Source: an uncultured Candidatus Saccharibacteria bacterium
Lineage (GTDB): Bacteria; Patescibacteriota; Minisyncoccia; Phycocordibacterales; CSBR16-119
Direction of reading: 5' to 3'
NCBI GenBank assembly: GCA_964426385.1
Contig: CAYRQF010000002.1
Coordinates: 7,037 to 71,036 of the forward strand
Length of the DNA stretch: 64,000 nt
Both the position numbers and the translations under genes were made by a program. Shown piece after piece: positions 18,566 to 30,329 of this stretch. The stretch's first letter is position 1, and every line of letters begins with the position of its first letter. The notes under the pieces are model-generated. The model made no database searches, was not told the origin of the DNA, and worked only from the letters and a program-made list of their open reading frames with translations.

Positions 18566-19132
18566 ATGAAAAATGATTTTACGAACAAATCGAGAGGCTT
18601 CACCCTGATAGAGACCATTGTCGCTATCGCTATATTTGCTTTTGCTATCACCGGACTCATATCTATTACAGCAACAGGAGTTTTTAACACTAATTATGTT
18701 AAAAATAAATTCACTGCTTCATATCTAGCTCTGGAAGGGGCAGAGCTAGTTAGAAATATAAGGGATACTGCGGCTCTCTCAGCGAGCGATCTGAACGCGG
18801 CACTTAATGATACGACATATTTACGTAACTGTACGGGTTCTGTTGGTTGTCGTATAGATGCGTGGGCGGTAGCACAGCCTATAGACTGTGAAGCTGTTGA
18901 CGGTACTGCGTGTCGCAATCTCACGTACGACCGTGATACGGCGAAATTCAATTATGATTTCCCAGACAATATAGATGCGTTCGAGTCTATATTTCGTCGC
19001 ACTATCAATGTGACAACCGTGTCACCTGGTCAGGAGATACGGGTTATATCCAAAGTAGAGTGGAATCAGGGGAGGGAAATGCATGATGTTTCGTATACAT
19101 ACAACCTTTTGAATTGGACACTAGCACCTTAA
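18566..19132 (+). CDS. minor pilin (PilV-like)
   Basis: RG|FTLIETIVAIAIF; ASYLALEGAELVRNIRD. Confidence 0.85.
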   Translation: MKNDFTNKSRGFTLIETIVAIAIFAFAITGLISITATGVFNTNYVKNKFTASYLALEGAELVRNIRDTAALSASDLNAALNDTTYLRNCTGSVGCRIDAWAVAQPIDCEAVDGTACRNLTYDRDTAKFNYDFPDNIDAFESIFRRTINVTTVSPGQEIRVISKVEWNQGREMHDVSYTYNLLNWTLAP

Positions 19133-19133
19133 T

Positions 19134-19601
19134 ATGAAAGATAATACTAAAAATAGTAATCGCGGGTTCGTAGCACTCTTTACCGTACTTATCGCTGCGG
19201 TTGTTCTCGCAATGGCGGTAGGTATCGCCAACATATCACTTAAACAGATCATACTGTCCGCTTCCTCGACTGACGCTAACGAGTCGTTTTATGCCGCTGA
19301 CTCTGGTGTAGAGTGCGTACTCTTCCACGATCTGCGGGGCACTACGCCAAACTCTTTTGATGCAAACCAAGCTTTTTCTACTATTGAGTGCGGGGGTATA
19401 AATATCCAAATTGCTCAGGTGGTTCCGGGGTTCTTTTTGGAATTCCAAGTACCATACAACGATAACAAGGCGTGTGCATATGTCACTGTTGAAAAGGATT
19501 TTACTGCCAATACGACACGGGTTATCTCTCGGGGCATTAATGCGACGTGCGGAGAACTGAATCCTCGTTCGACAGAGAGAGTCATCGAAGTCACCTATTA
19601 A
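19134..19601 (+). CDS. minor pilin (PilX-like, no Glu5)
   Basis: RG|FVALFTVLI; SFYAADSGVEC. Confidence 0.8.
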   Translation: MKDNTKNSNRGFVALFTVLIAAVVLAMAVGIANISLKQIILSASSTDANESFYAADSGVECVLFHDLRGTTPNSFDANQAFSTIECGGINIQIAQVVPGFFLEFQVPYNDNKACAYVTVEKDFTANTTRVISRGINATCGELNPRSTERVIEVTY

Positions 19602-19647
19602 AAGCGACCATTATAGGCTAAAATAGCCTAATAACTTGTCCCGTTAG

Positions 19648-21726
<2,079 letters not shown>

Positions 21727-21751
21727 CCTGGTTACTTGTATACTTAGAGCT

Positions 21752-22027
21752 ATGACTGAACAAGATATCGAAAAACTGGCGGAACTCAGCAAAATCAAGC
21801 TCCCGGAAGGAGAGGCTGTTCGATTTGCCAAGGATTTCGAGTCAATCCTCGGTTATGTGAAGCAGATCGAAGGTGTAGAGCTCGGGGAGGTAAAAAAGTC
21901 TTTTTTCCTCAAGAATATTCTCCGTGCTGATGAGAGCCCGAACGAGACCGGCGCATTGTCGGACGCGCTTCTGTCTGCTGCACCAGCCACCCACGATGGC
22001 TTCGTGAAAGTAAATAAAATACTCTAA
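21752..22027 (+). CDS. gatC: Asp/Glu-tRNA amidotransferase subunit C
   Basis: IEKLAELSKI..SILGYVKQI..NILRAD..GFVKVNKIL; directly upstream of gatA. Confidence 0.92.
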   Translation: MTEQDIEKLAELSKIKLPEGEAVRFAKDFESILGYVKQIEGVELGEVKKSFFLKNILRADESPNETGALSDALLSAAPATHDGFVKVNKIL

Positions 22028-23439
22028 TGGATTTGAAATCGATGACAATTGAAAAAGCTCAAGCTGGATTCAAATCTGGAGAATTTTCTGCACTTGATTT
22101 AACTCGTGCTTATATCGAAAATATCAAGGCAAAGAACGGGGAACTAAACGCATTTCTTGAGATTTTCACCGATGCAGAAGATCAGGCAAAAGTCGCAGAT
22201 GAGATGATCTCTCGAGGTGATATCAAAGCTCTGACGGGAATCCCTATCGCACTCAAAGACAATATTTTGTTCGAGGGTCATATCGCGAGCGGGGGATCAA
22301 AAATCCTAGAGAACTACAAAGCTGTGTATGATTCGACCGTTGTGAAGGATCTCAGGGCGCAAGGCGCAGTTATCATAGGTCGGACGAACATGGATGAATT
22401 CGCTATGGGTTCATCAACAGAGACGTCGGCATATGGCATGACAAAGAATCCCGTAGACATAACAAGAGTTGCCGGAGGGTCGTCAGGAGGCGCAGCGGCA
22501 GCGGTCGCAGGCGACATGGCCATAGTCTCACTCGGGTCTGACACTGGCGGATCTATCCGTCAGCCAGCAGCATTCTGTGGAGTGGTGGGTCTCAAGCCTA
22601 CATATGGAACCATATCTCGTCATGGACTCATGGCTATGGGCTCGTCTCTAGATATCATTGGTCCGATTACGAATTCTGTTGCAGACGCCGAAATAGTATT
22701 TGGCGCACTCGCTCATCATGACTCAATGGATGCAACAAGTTTCCCGACGAGCGAAAGGAAGTGTTCAAAGACTGAAGTCAAAAAAATCGGTGTTCCAAGG
22801 AGATTTCTGTCTGGCGAAGGAATAGATAGTGAAACTATGGCGAACTTCGATAAATCTCTCGAGAGATTGAGAGCACTCGGATATTCTGTGGTCGATGTAG
22901 ATGTGCCATTTATGGAGTACTCTCTAGCCGTCTACTATATCCTCATGCCGGCTGAAGTCTCAACCAATCTGGCGCGCTTTGATGGTATTCGTTATGGACT
23001 ATCTCTCCCGGGAGAAAACACTAATGAGGCTTACAAGAACACGAAAACCGCAGGTTTCGGTGCAGAAACAAAGCGACGTCTTCTTCTCGGAGCATATGTC
23101 CTATCTCATGGATACTATGACGCGTACTATAACAAAGCTGTGAAGCTACGTGCTAAAATCACCGAGGAGATGCAGAAAGTTTTTGAAACCGTAGACTTGC
23201 TCGTAACGCCTACATGCCCAACTCCTGCGTTCAGGCCTGGGGAGAAGAAAGATCCTGTTTCGATGTATCTATCTGATATATTCACTGTACCAGCAAATAT
23301 TTCCGGCGTTCCTGCGATATCTGTGCCTAGTGGAAAGAATTCCGAAGGTTTGCCACTCGATATACAATTCGTAGCACCGCATTTTGGCGAATCACTTCTG
23401 TTCGAAGTAGGTAAGAAGTACGAAGGAAGTACGAAGTAA
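22027..23439 (+). CDS. gatA: Asp/Glu-tRNA amidotransferase subunit A
   Basis: IALKDN, NMDEFAMGSSTE, GGSSGG, SDTGGSIRQPA, LARFDGIRYG. Confidence 0.97.
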   Translation: MDLKSMTIEKAQAGFKSGEFSALDLTRAYIENIKAKNGELNAFLEIFTDAEDQAKVADEMISRGDIKALTGIPIALKDNILFEGHIASGGSKILENYKAVYDSTVVKDLRAQGAVIIGRTNMDEFAMGSSTETSAYGMTKNPVDITRVAGGSSGGAAAAVAGDMAIVSLGSDTGGSIRQPAAFCGVVGLKPTYGTISRHGLMAMGSSLDIIGPITNSVADAEIVFGALAHHDSMDATSFPTSERKCSKTEVKKIGVPRRFLSGEGIDSETMANFDKSLERLRALGYSVVDVDVPFMEYSLAVYYILMPAEVSTNLARFDGIRYGLSLPGENTNEAYKNTKTAGFGAETKRRLLLGAYVLSHGYYDAYYNKAVKLRAKITEEMQKVFETVDLLVTPTCPTPAFRPGEKKDPVSMYLSDIFTVPANISGVPAISVPSGKNSEGLPLDIQFVAPHFGESLLFEVGKKYEGSTK

Positions 23440-23443
23440 CATT

Positions 23444-24001
23444 ATGCTCAATCTAGAATTTATATTTTTAAAGATTTACCAATTTTTCACTAACGGACTC
23501 AATCCGGATACCGTTGGGAATTCTGGTTTTGTGAGCTTTATAGTTTTTGTGCTCTCTCTCATTTCTGTTATTTGCATAAGTATCATTATCTATACTTGGA
23601 TGAGACTCGAAGAGAGAAAAAAGCTCGACAAACAGGAGTTCCATGAATCAGTACATGCGGTCAAGGCAAAAGACGAAGAAAAGAAAGACAATAAACAATG
23701 GCAGAAAATAATTGAGCATATCAATTCAGCGAACCCTTCTGATTGGAGACTCGCTATTATGGAAAGTGATAGTATGCTTGAAGCTTTGACGTTTGATATC
23801 GGATTGGTGGGGGTAACACTCGGCGAGAGACTGAAGAATGCTAATGTGAATCATTTCAAGACGCTTAGCAACGCTTGGGATGCTCATAAGCTCCGCAACA
23901 AAATAGCGCACGTAGGACTCGCACACGATCTCCCATATCGCGACGCCAAGAAGGCCATCGAACAATACGAAAGCGTATTTTTAGAGTTCGGGGTTATATA
24001 A
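23444..24001 (+). CDS. conserved hypothetical membrane protein
   Basis: TM helix, then WRLAIMESDSML..TLGERLK..AWDAHKLRNKIAH. Confidence 0.75.
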   Translation: MLNLEFIFLKIYQFFTNGLNPDTVGNSGFVSFIVFVLSLISVICISIIIYTWMRLEERKKLDKQEFHESVHAVKAKDEEKKDNKQWQKIIEHINSANPSDWRLAIMESDSMLEALTFDIGLVGVTLGERLKNANVNHFKTLSNAWDAHKLRNKIAHVGLAHDLPYRDAKKAIEQYESVFLEFGVI

Positions 24002-24074
24002 GGGTTGCTAAAATAAGTTTTTTGGATATAATCAAAGCTACTTTATAGAATCTATTGATTCTCACGAGTTTTAT

Positions 24075-24145
24075 AGCGGGGTGGAGTAGTGGTAACTCAT
24101 CAGGCTCATAACCTGAGGACGGCCGTTCGAGTCGGCCCCCCGCAA
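24075..24145 (+). tRNA. tRNA-fMet (CAT), initiator
   Basis: Unpaired 1:72, gcgggg/ccccgc acceptor stem, tcagg-ctCATaa-cctga anticodon arm, ggccg-ttcgagt-cggcc T arm. CCA is not encoded. Confidence 0.9.
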
Positions 24146-24317
24146 CAATTATAATTTTCAGACTCGGTCATCGCGCTTTTCCTCGGGACTCCTCCTCACC
24201 CGTCAGATTCCTGTCGCGCGACGACATAGGAATCTGCCTCCTTCGGAGCCGGCCGCCCTCGCTTTATCGCTACGCGCGCTCGGGTCAGCTTCGAGTCCCG
24301 CTTGCTTGCCTCCAGCA

Positions 24318-24352
24318 AGCAAAAGAGCATGGAAAATCCATGCTCTTTTGCT
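24318..24352. terminator. hairpin directly 3' of tRNA-Asp
   Basis: 16-bp perfect stem agcaaaagagcatgga / tccatgctcttttgct. Confidence 0.7.
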
Positions 24353-24356
24353 CGTG

Positions 24357-24430
24357 CGCGAGCGGCGGGACTCGAACCCGCAACCTCTCCCGTGACAGGG
24401 GAGTGCTCTAACCAGTTGAGCTACGCCCGC
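24357..24430 (-). tRNA. tRNA-Asp (GTC)
   Basis: Reverse complement gcgggcgtagctcaactggttagagcactcccctGTCacgggagaggttgcgggttcgagtcccgccgctcgcg folds as a cloverleaf. Confidence 0.95.
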
Positions 24431-24474
24431 ACTAACAATGGCGAAAGTCTAGCATAGAATACCTTGTTCGCCAA

Positions 24475-24551
24475 TGGTGTCGGGGGAGAGAATCGAACTC
24501 TCGACCTTAGCGTTATGAGTGCTACGCTCTAACCGTCTGAGCTACCCCGAC
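24475..24551 (-). tRNA. tRNA-Met (CAT), probably elongator (Ile2 not excluded)
   Basis: Reverse complement gtcggggtagctcagacggttagagcgtagcactCATaacgctaaggtcgagagttcgattctctcccccgacacca. Confidence 0.9.
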
Positions 24552-24662
24552 ATGAGCCACGTTTGACGTGACAATGACTCAAAATTATCACATAAATGCT
24601 TATTTTCCAATACTCCCGAAACCTTTGAAAAAAAGCCCCAATAGTTTAATATCTTCTGATAC

Positions 24663-24738
24663 GCCGTTGTAGCTCAATCGGCAGAGCACTCCATTGGTAA
24701 TGGGGAGGTAATGAGTTCGAAACTCATCAACGGCTCCA
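24663..24738 (+). tRNA. tRNA-Thr (GGT)
   Basis: gccgttg/caacggc acceptor stem, ctcca-ttGGTaa-tgggg anticodon arm, encoded CCA. Confidence 0.95.
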
Positions 24739-24758
24739 GCGTATAATTATGAGGAACC

Positions 24759-24820
24759 GCCATCCTAGCTCAGTTGGTACCCGCCAGAACGACTGAGATC
24801 GTTCAGTCGGGCGGGGAGCA
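24759..24820 (+). pseudogene. 5' tRNA fragment (Thr-like) with a 36-nt palindromic insertion in the D loop
   Basis: gccatcc-ta-gctc-agttggta-[cccgcc...gggcggg]-gagc-a, with no anticodon arm, T arm or 3' acceptor strand following. Confidence 0.65.
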
Positions 24821-24825
24821 AGCAA

Positions 24826-24896
24826 GCCGATATAGTTCAGTGGTAGAACATTACTTTCGTAAAGTAAAGACGCGGGTCCGATTCCCGCCTTCGGCT
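24826..24896 (+). tRNA. tRNA-Thr (CGT), atypical
   Basis: ttact-ttCGTaa-agtaa anticodon arm; gcggg-tccgatt-cccgc T arm. The acceptor stem gccgata/cttcggc has 2 mismatches. Confidence 0.75.
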
Positions 24897-24900
24897 CACC

Positions 24901-25782
24901 ATGAAAGACAAATCACTTATCGAAAAAAGGATTGCTGAGATAGAGACTGCTATGAATGCGGCGGACTTTTGGTCCGATAAAACGACTGCTCAGGCCATGA
25001 TCCGCGAGATGCAGGAGCTCCGGGATTCTGTGCAAGGTTTCGGCAAGTACGACAAGAAGTCTGCACTGTTTACGATATTTTCGGGGGCGGGTGGGGACGA
25101 CGCGGAGGATTTTACTCGCATGCTTTTCTTGATGTATATGAAGTATGCCGGGAATAATGGTTACGAGCTTCGTATTATCGACGAGACATCTGCAGACTCT
25201 GGTGGCTACCGCTCCATATCTTTTGAGATAGTGGGCAAGGGTGCATATGGGAAACTCAAGAACGAGTCCGGGGTACACCGCCTGGTACGTATCTCACCTT
25301 TCAACGCGAATTCCAAACGTCAAACATCATTTTCTATGGTCGAGGTGATACCTGTCCTAGACAAGTCAGACGAGGTGCGCATAAATCCAGATGATCTCGA
25401 CATGTCATTTTCCCGTTCCGGTGGCGCTGGCGGACAAAACGTGAATAAACGTGATACCGCGGTTAGGATCACACATCGTCCGACCGGTATAACAGCGCAT
25501 GCCTCGAGTGAGCGTAGTCAGGAGGCTAACAGGGACAAAGCCATGGAAGTCGTTCGTGGAAAAATCATCAAGAAGCTCGAAGAAGAGCACAAAGACACGG
25601 TTGATGATTTGTCGGTCTCAAAAACGACTGAGAACGAGTGGGGTAGTCAGATCCGTTCATACGTTTTGCATCCATATCAACTCATCAAGGATCATCGGAC
25701 GGATGTTGAAGTGCGAGACGTTGACAAGGTCTTGAAAAATGGCGAAATCGATGAATTCCTGGAGGCAGAGAAGGAAATCTAG
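24901..25782 (+). CDS. prfB: peptide chain release factor 2
   Basis: [13 protein letters not shown] (SPF specificity motif), [23 protein letters not shown]. Confidence 0.95.
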   Translation: MKDKSLIEKRIAEIETAMNAADFWSDKTTAQAMIREMQELRDSVQGFGKYDKKSALFTIFSGAGGDDAEDFTRMLFLMYMKYAGNNGYELRIIDETSADSGGYRSISFEIVGKGAYGKLKNESGVHRLVRISPFNANSKRQTSFSMVEVIPVLDKSDEVRINPDDLDMSFSRSGGAGGQNVNKRDTAVRITHRPTGITAHASSERSQEANRDKAMEVVRGKIIKKLEEEHKDTVDDLSVSKTTENEWGSQIRSYVLHPYQLIKDHRTDVEVRDVDKVLKNGEIDEFLEAEKEI

Positions 25783-25842
25783 GGAAAATTTAGAAAATTT
25801 TGTTATACTTGTTATGTTTTTAATCAGCGCATTTTTATATTC

Positions 25843-26526
25843 ATGATACGTTTTGAAGGTGTTACAAAATTCTATAAGGAGGCTAGGAACCCTTCGATTG
25901 TCGAGATGGATCTCGAGATCAAAGATGGCGAGTTCATTTCCATCGTCGGACATTCCGGGGCTGGCAAGACTACTTTTACTAGGTTACTCCTGTGCGAAGA
26001 GGCTCCGTCAGAGGGCAAAGTGTTCTTCGGCGATGTCGATATACACAAACTCCGAGGCAAGAAACTCACCAAGTACCGACGAGGTATCGGTACGGTATTT
26101 CAGGACTTCCGACTGCTCCCGTACAAAACCGCATATGAGAACATCGCCTTCGCCATGGAGTCTGCAGGCAAGACTGATGAAGAGATAGCGAACGATGTCC
26201 CTCACGTTCTAGAGCTCGTTGATCTAACAGATCGCGCGCATCATTTTCCACGCCAGCTTTCTGGTGGAGAGAAACAACGCCTGTCCATCGCTCGTGCCAT
26301 CATCAACAACCCTGACGTCGTTATCGCCGATGAGCCGACAGGGAACCTCGATCCAGTGAATACATACGAAGTCATCCAGATTTTGAAGAAAATCAACGAC
26401 CTCGGAACTACCGTTATCCTGACCACTCACAACAAAGGCGTTATCGACTCGATCAAGAAGCGAGTGGTTAGTCTCGAAGACGGGCGCATTATTCGAGACG
26501 AAGCGCATGGTAAATATATAGTATAA
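25843..26526 (+). CDS. ftsE: cell division ATP-binding protein FtsE
   Basis: [35 protein letters not shown]; upstream of ftsX. Confidence 0.93.
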   Translation: MIRFEGVTKFYKEARNPSIVEMDLEIKDGEFISIVGHSGAGKTTFTRLLLCEEAPSEGKVFFGDVDIHKLRGKKLTKYRRGIGTVFQDFRLLPYKTAYENIAFAMESAGKTDEEIANDVPHVLELVDLTDRAHHFPRQLSGGEKQRLSIARAIINNPDVVIADEPTGNLDPVNTYEVIQILKKINDLGTTVILTTHNKGVIDSIKKRVVSLEDGRIIRDEAHGKYIV

Positions 26527-26532
26527 AAATAT

Positions 26533-27456
26533 ATGAAAATTTTAGACCTACGGAGAATAATCAAATCAGGTTTCATAAACTTCAAACGATCAAGCTTCGT
26601 TTCGTTGTCGTCGGTGCTAGTCATGACTATCACACTATCTGTCGTAACCATGATTATCTTCTCCCAGGCTATACTGAACTTCTCACTGGCCTCCCTCGAG
26701 GACAAAGTCGACATTACAGTCTATTTCACTCAGAACGCTCAGGAGTCCGAGATACTTGTCTTGAAGGAATCCATCGAGAAATTACCAGAGGTTGCAAGAG
26801 TAGACTATGTTTCCGCTGCTCAAGCGCTCGACAACTTCAAGGAACGCCACGCTAACGACTACCTTACCCTCCAAGCACTAGAAGAGCTCGATGAGAATCC
26901 TCTCGGCGCAACCCTAAACATCCAGGCTATCGACACCACCCAATACGAGTCTATATCGAATTTCCTCGAGAGTGATAGCGCTCTCGACTCGGGTAGTTCT
27001 GTCATCATAGACAAGATAAACTACGCTCAGAACAAGCTTGTAATAGACAGACTCATATCTATCAGCGAGGGAGCGAAACGTCTCGGCATTGCACTCACCA
27101 TAGTTCTGATGGCTATATCGCTCATCATTACTTTCAACACCATCCGCCTCGTTATCTACATCGCACGTGAGGAGATCGCAGTTATGAGACTTGTCGGCGC
27201 AGAGAACCACTACATCCGTGGACCCTTCCTCGTCGAAGGTGTGCTTTATGGACTTATATCAGCAGTCATCACGATGATTATCTTCTACCCGATGACTTTG
27301 TGGGTCGGAGCTAATATGACGAGTTTCCTCGGTATCAACCTCCACACTTACTACATTGCGAACTTCTTCCAGCTATTTGTTATCACGGGAGTGTTCGGTA
27401 TGATACTAGGCATCGTGTCGAGTTATCTAGCTGTTAGGGCGTATTTGAAGAGATAG
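26533..27456 (+). CDS. ftsX: cell division permease FtsX
   Basis: ENPLGA, FNTIRLVIYIAREEIAVMRLVGA..YIRGPFLVEG. Confidence 0.93.
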   Translation: MKILDLRRIIKSGFINFKRSSFVSLSSVLVMTITLSVVTMIIFSQAILNFSLASLEDKVDITVYFTQNAQESEILVLKESIEKLPEVARVDYVSAAQALDNFKERHANDYLTLQALEELDENPLGATLNIQAIDTTQYESISNFLESDSALDSGSSVIIDKINYAQNKLVIDRLISISEGAKRLGIALTIVLMAISLIITFNTIRLVIYIAREEIAVMRLVGAENHYIRGPFLVEGVLYGLISAVITMIIFYPMTLWVGANMTSFLGINLHTYYIANFFQLFVITGVFGMILGIVSSYLAVRAYLKR

Positions 27457-27474
27457 ACCTGTCATACTATTCGG

Positions 27475-29127
27475 ATGAAAAAACCAAAAGATACTAAGTA
27501 CATATTCGTAGTAGGGGGCGTCATGTCAGGCGTCGGCAAGGGGGTCACAACATCGTCCATCGGTACCATCATCCAGTCCAAGGGTTATAGGGTCAGCCTC
27601 ATAAAGGCCGACCCTTACTTGAACGTAGATGCCGGCACGATGAATCCGACAGAGCACGGTGAAGTTTTCGTTCTAGACTCCGGACTCGAGACTGATCAGG
27701 ATATGGGTAACTACGAACGATTCCTGAACAAATCTCTACCGAAACAGAACTACATGACGAATGGTATGGTTTTCAAGTACGTTATCGACAAAGAGCGTGC
27801 TCTCGGGTATAAGGGCAAGTGCGTCGAGCCGACGTACCACATCACCGAGGAGATACTTCGCCGCATAGAGGATAGTGCCGAAGTCGAAAATGCTGAGTTT
27901 GTCATCGTCGAGATCGGTGGAACTATCGGCGAATACCAGAACGCTATCTTCCTCGAGGCCGCCAGACAGCTACGTCTGAAGAATCCTTCGAGCGTCATGT
28001 TCGTCATGGTCTCATATCTACCAACCCCGACATCTATCGGCGAGATGAAGACCAAGCCGACCCAGAATGCCGTTTCTCAGATGAACAGCTATGGAGTACA
28101 TCCAAATATCATCATCGCTCGCGCGGACATGCCTGTAGACAAGAAACGCAAAGAGAAAATCGCCAACATGTCAGGGCTAATGTCTGCCGATGATGTCATT
28201 TCAGCACCAAACGTTAGCAATATCTACGATGTGCCGGTGAACTTCGAGAAGGATGGATTGTCAGACCGCATCATGAATCATTTCGGCATCAAGCCAAAGA
28301 AGAAGGACCTCTCCGAGTGGCGTGGATTCTTATCCAAGATGAATAACCCGAAGGGTGTTGTGAAGATTGCTGTCGTTGGCAAATATTTTGACTCAGGAGA
28401 CTTCATCCTTTCTGATGCCTACATATCCGTTATCGAGGCGCTCAAGATTTCCGGTGCATGGCAGGGCGTCAAAACAGAGCTCACTTGGCTCGACTCGAAG
28501 AAATTTGAGACTGGAGGCAAGAAATTCCTAAACACCCTGAGTAAATACGACGGCATCCTGGTGCCGGGCGGATTCGGCGAGACTGGGGTAGAGGGCAAGA
28601 TAAAGGTCATAGAATACGCCCGCCTGAACAAGATCCCTTATTTCGGTATATGTTATGGCATGCAACTCATGGTGGTAGAGTACGCTAGGAACATTCTCGG
28701 ACTCACCGAGGCGAACACTGTCGAGATCAATCCAAAGACGACGAATCCTATCATCGACATCATGCCTGACCAGAAGCAGAAGCTTGAGATCAGGAACTTC
28801 GGAGGCTCGATGAGACTCGGTACATATCCGGCTGTCGTGTCGAAGAAAACTATCGCTCACGAAGCATACAAATCTACTAAAATCGACGAACGCCACCGTC
28901 ATCGATACGAGGTCAATCCGGCGTACGTCGAGATGCTCGAGAATGCTGGACTAGTATTTTCTGCCAAATCTCCGAACGGCGTTCTGATGGAGATAGCCGA
29001 GCTTCCGCGCTCTGTTCATCCATTCATGCTCGGTACACAGTTCCACCCAGAATTCCTCGCACGTCCGCTTTCGCCACATCCACTTTTCACAGAGTTTGTT
29101 AAAGCATGTATTATAAAAAATAAGTGA
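27475..29127 (+). CDS. pyrG: CTP synthase
   Basis: GGVMSGVGKG, DPYLNVDAGTMNPTEHGEVFV, GICYGMQ, ERHRHRYE, QFHPEF. Confidence 0.98.
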   Translation: MKKPKDTKYIFVVGGVMSGVGKGVTTSSIGTIIQSKGYRVSLIKADPYLNVDAGTMNPTEHGEVFVLDSGLETDQDMGNYERFLNKSLPKQNYMTNGMVFKYVIDKERALGYKGKCVEPTYHITEEILRRIEDSAEVENAEFVIVEIGGTIGEYQNAIFLEAARQLRLKNPSSVMFVMVSYLPTPTSIGEMKTKPTQNAVSQMNSYGVHPNIIIARADMPVDKKRKEKIANMSGLMSADDVISAPNVSNIYDVPVNFEKDGLSDRIMNHFGIKPKKKDLSEWRGFLSKMNNPKGVVKIAVVGKYFDSGDFILSDAYISVIEALKISGAWQGVKTELTWLDSKKFETGGKKFLNTLSKYDGILVPGGFGETGVEGKIKVIEYARLNKIPYFGICYGMQLMVVEYARNILGLTEANTVEINPKTTNPIIDIMPDQKQKLEIRNFGGSMRLGTYPAVVSKKTIAHEAYKSTKIDERHRHRYEVNPAYVEMLENAGLVFSAKSPNGVLMEIAELPRSVHPFMLGTQFHPEFLARPLSPHPLFTEFVKACIIKNK

Positions 29128-29137
29128 AAACATACAT

Positions 29138-29665
29138 ATGAACTTTTTTAAATTCGAGGGTAAACAAAAGGGGGCTAGTGAGAACGAAAAGCGTAAGCAA
29201 CTTACCGTCGAGATTTTTGAGCTAGTAAAAGATTTGGACTATTTGAACAAGGATTCAGTTGAAAGTCTTGGTGAGGCTAATCAGTTTGGCACGTTACCTT
29301 CTTCTGAAGAGCTTCAAGGACTTAAAAATTTAATAGAAGGGTCAAAAAAGGAAGAATTACCCGAGGTCCTAGATAACTGGTTAATCGATCACGAAAGTCT
29401 GATATTAATGATGATGCCTGGGGAAGCAAGTAATGATGATGAGTCGGAAGCCATAATCAATGACTACAAAGAAAAAATGAGGCGGGCAAAAAGCGTCGTT
29501 GGCGGATGGTTTCAAAAGGATAAACTAGATCTTCTATATTCGGATACAGGTGGGGGTGCGGCTTTTGATGAAAAAATTACTGAGCTTGAGGCGTCACTTA
29601 ATGGTCTATCTCCAGAAGATAAATCTATCGTACTCCATAAATTTATTGAAGATCTGAGAGGGTAA
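29138..29665 (+). CDS. hypothetical protein
   Basis: 175-aa acidic helical ORF packed tightly after pyrG. Confidence 0.6.
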   Translation: MNFFKFEGKQKGASENEKRKQLTVEIFELVKDLDYLNKDSVESLGEANQFGTLPSSEELQGLKNLIEGSKKEELPEVLDNWLIDHESLILMMMPGEASNDDESEAIINDYKEKMRRAKSVVGGWFQKDKLDLLYSDTGGGAAFDEKITELEASLNGLSPEDKSIVLHKFIEDLRG

Positions 29666-29670
29666 ATAAA

Positions 29671-30327
29671 ATGGAGCATTTTCCTATAAAAGATAAACTT
29701 CATACTGATGTATTGGAGGACAAATACGGTCCCATCCACGCAGATGTTCTATATCACGATAACGAGTTTCGCGAAGCTAGGCTAGTTGACGGTAGAGACA
29801 TATCGAGAACCCACACGCTGACTTTCTTCGAATATGATAAATCTAACGAAGAGATAGCCGATATAAACAAAGAGATTCAGGCCGGTGGACTCATCGGCAA
29901 GGTCTTTCGCGAACATGGGTATACGATCAAGAAGAACGTCATTGGTGTATTTTTCATGACTTTGCCGGAAAGGGTGAAGAAAGATTTTCAAACAGAAGAG
30001 GGTAAAGCCAAAGCCCGCATCTCAGAATTCTATGCAAAGAAGGGCGAGGCAGACCCTGTTATTTATGGAAAAGTACTAGAAATATATAGTCCTGATTTTC
30101 GTGACCCTAAAGAAGGGATAAATCAGGTAGATCTGATACAGATAAATCCAACAGTTGGTTCACTTGTTGAAGATGGATTGTCTTCTGCTGAGATTTGGCA
30201 GAAGCTCGATAACGTTTCACCCGAAGATAGAAATATTTTCAGTGATCATGCTGATGCAGAGAAGAAAAGCGAAGCTATCGTGACCGAGCTTCATGATCGG
30301 ATAGTTGGATATTTTAATAACAGATAG
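29671..30327 (+). CDS. hypothetical protein
   Basis: 218-aa ORF in operon-like spacing; no family recognised with confidence. Confidence 0.65.
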   Translation: MEHFPIKDKLHTDVLEDKYGPIHADVLYHDNEFREARLVDGRDISRTHTLTFFEYDKSNEEIADINKEIQAGGLIGKVFREHGYTIKKNVIGVFFMTLPERVKKDFQTEEGKAKARISEFYAKKGEADPVIYGKVLEIYSPDFRDPKEGINQVDLIQINPTVGSLVEDGLSSAEIWQKLDNVSPEDRNIFSDHADAEKKSEAIVTELHDRIVGYFNNR

Positions 30328-30329
30328 TA

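Noticed and set aside
24901-25000. Programmed +1 frameshift in prfB
   Set aside because: There is no CTT-TGA site, and the upstream sequence is tRNA, leaving no room for an upstream reading frame.
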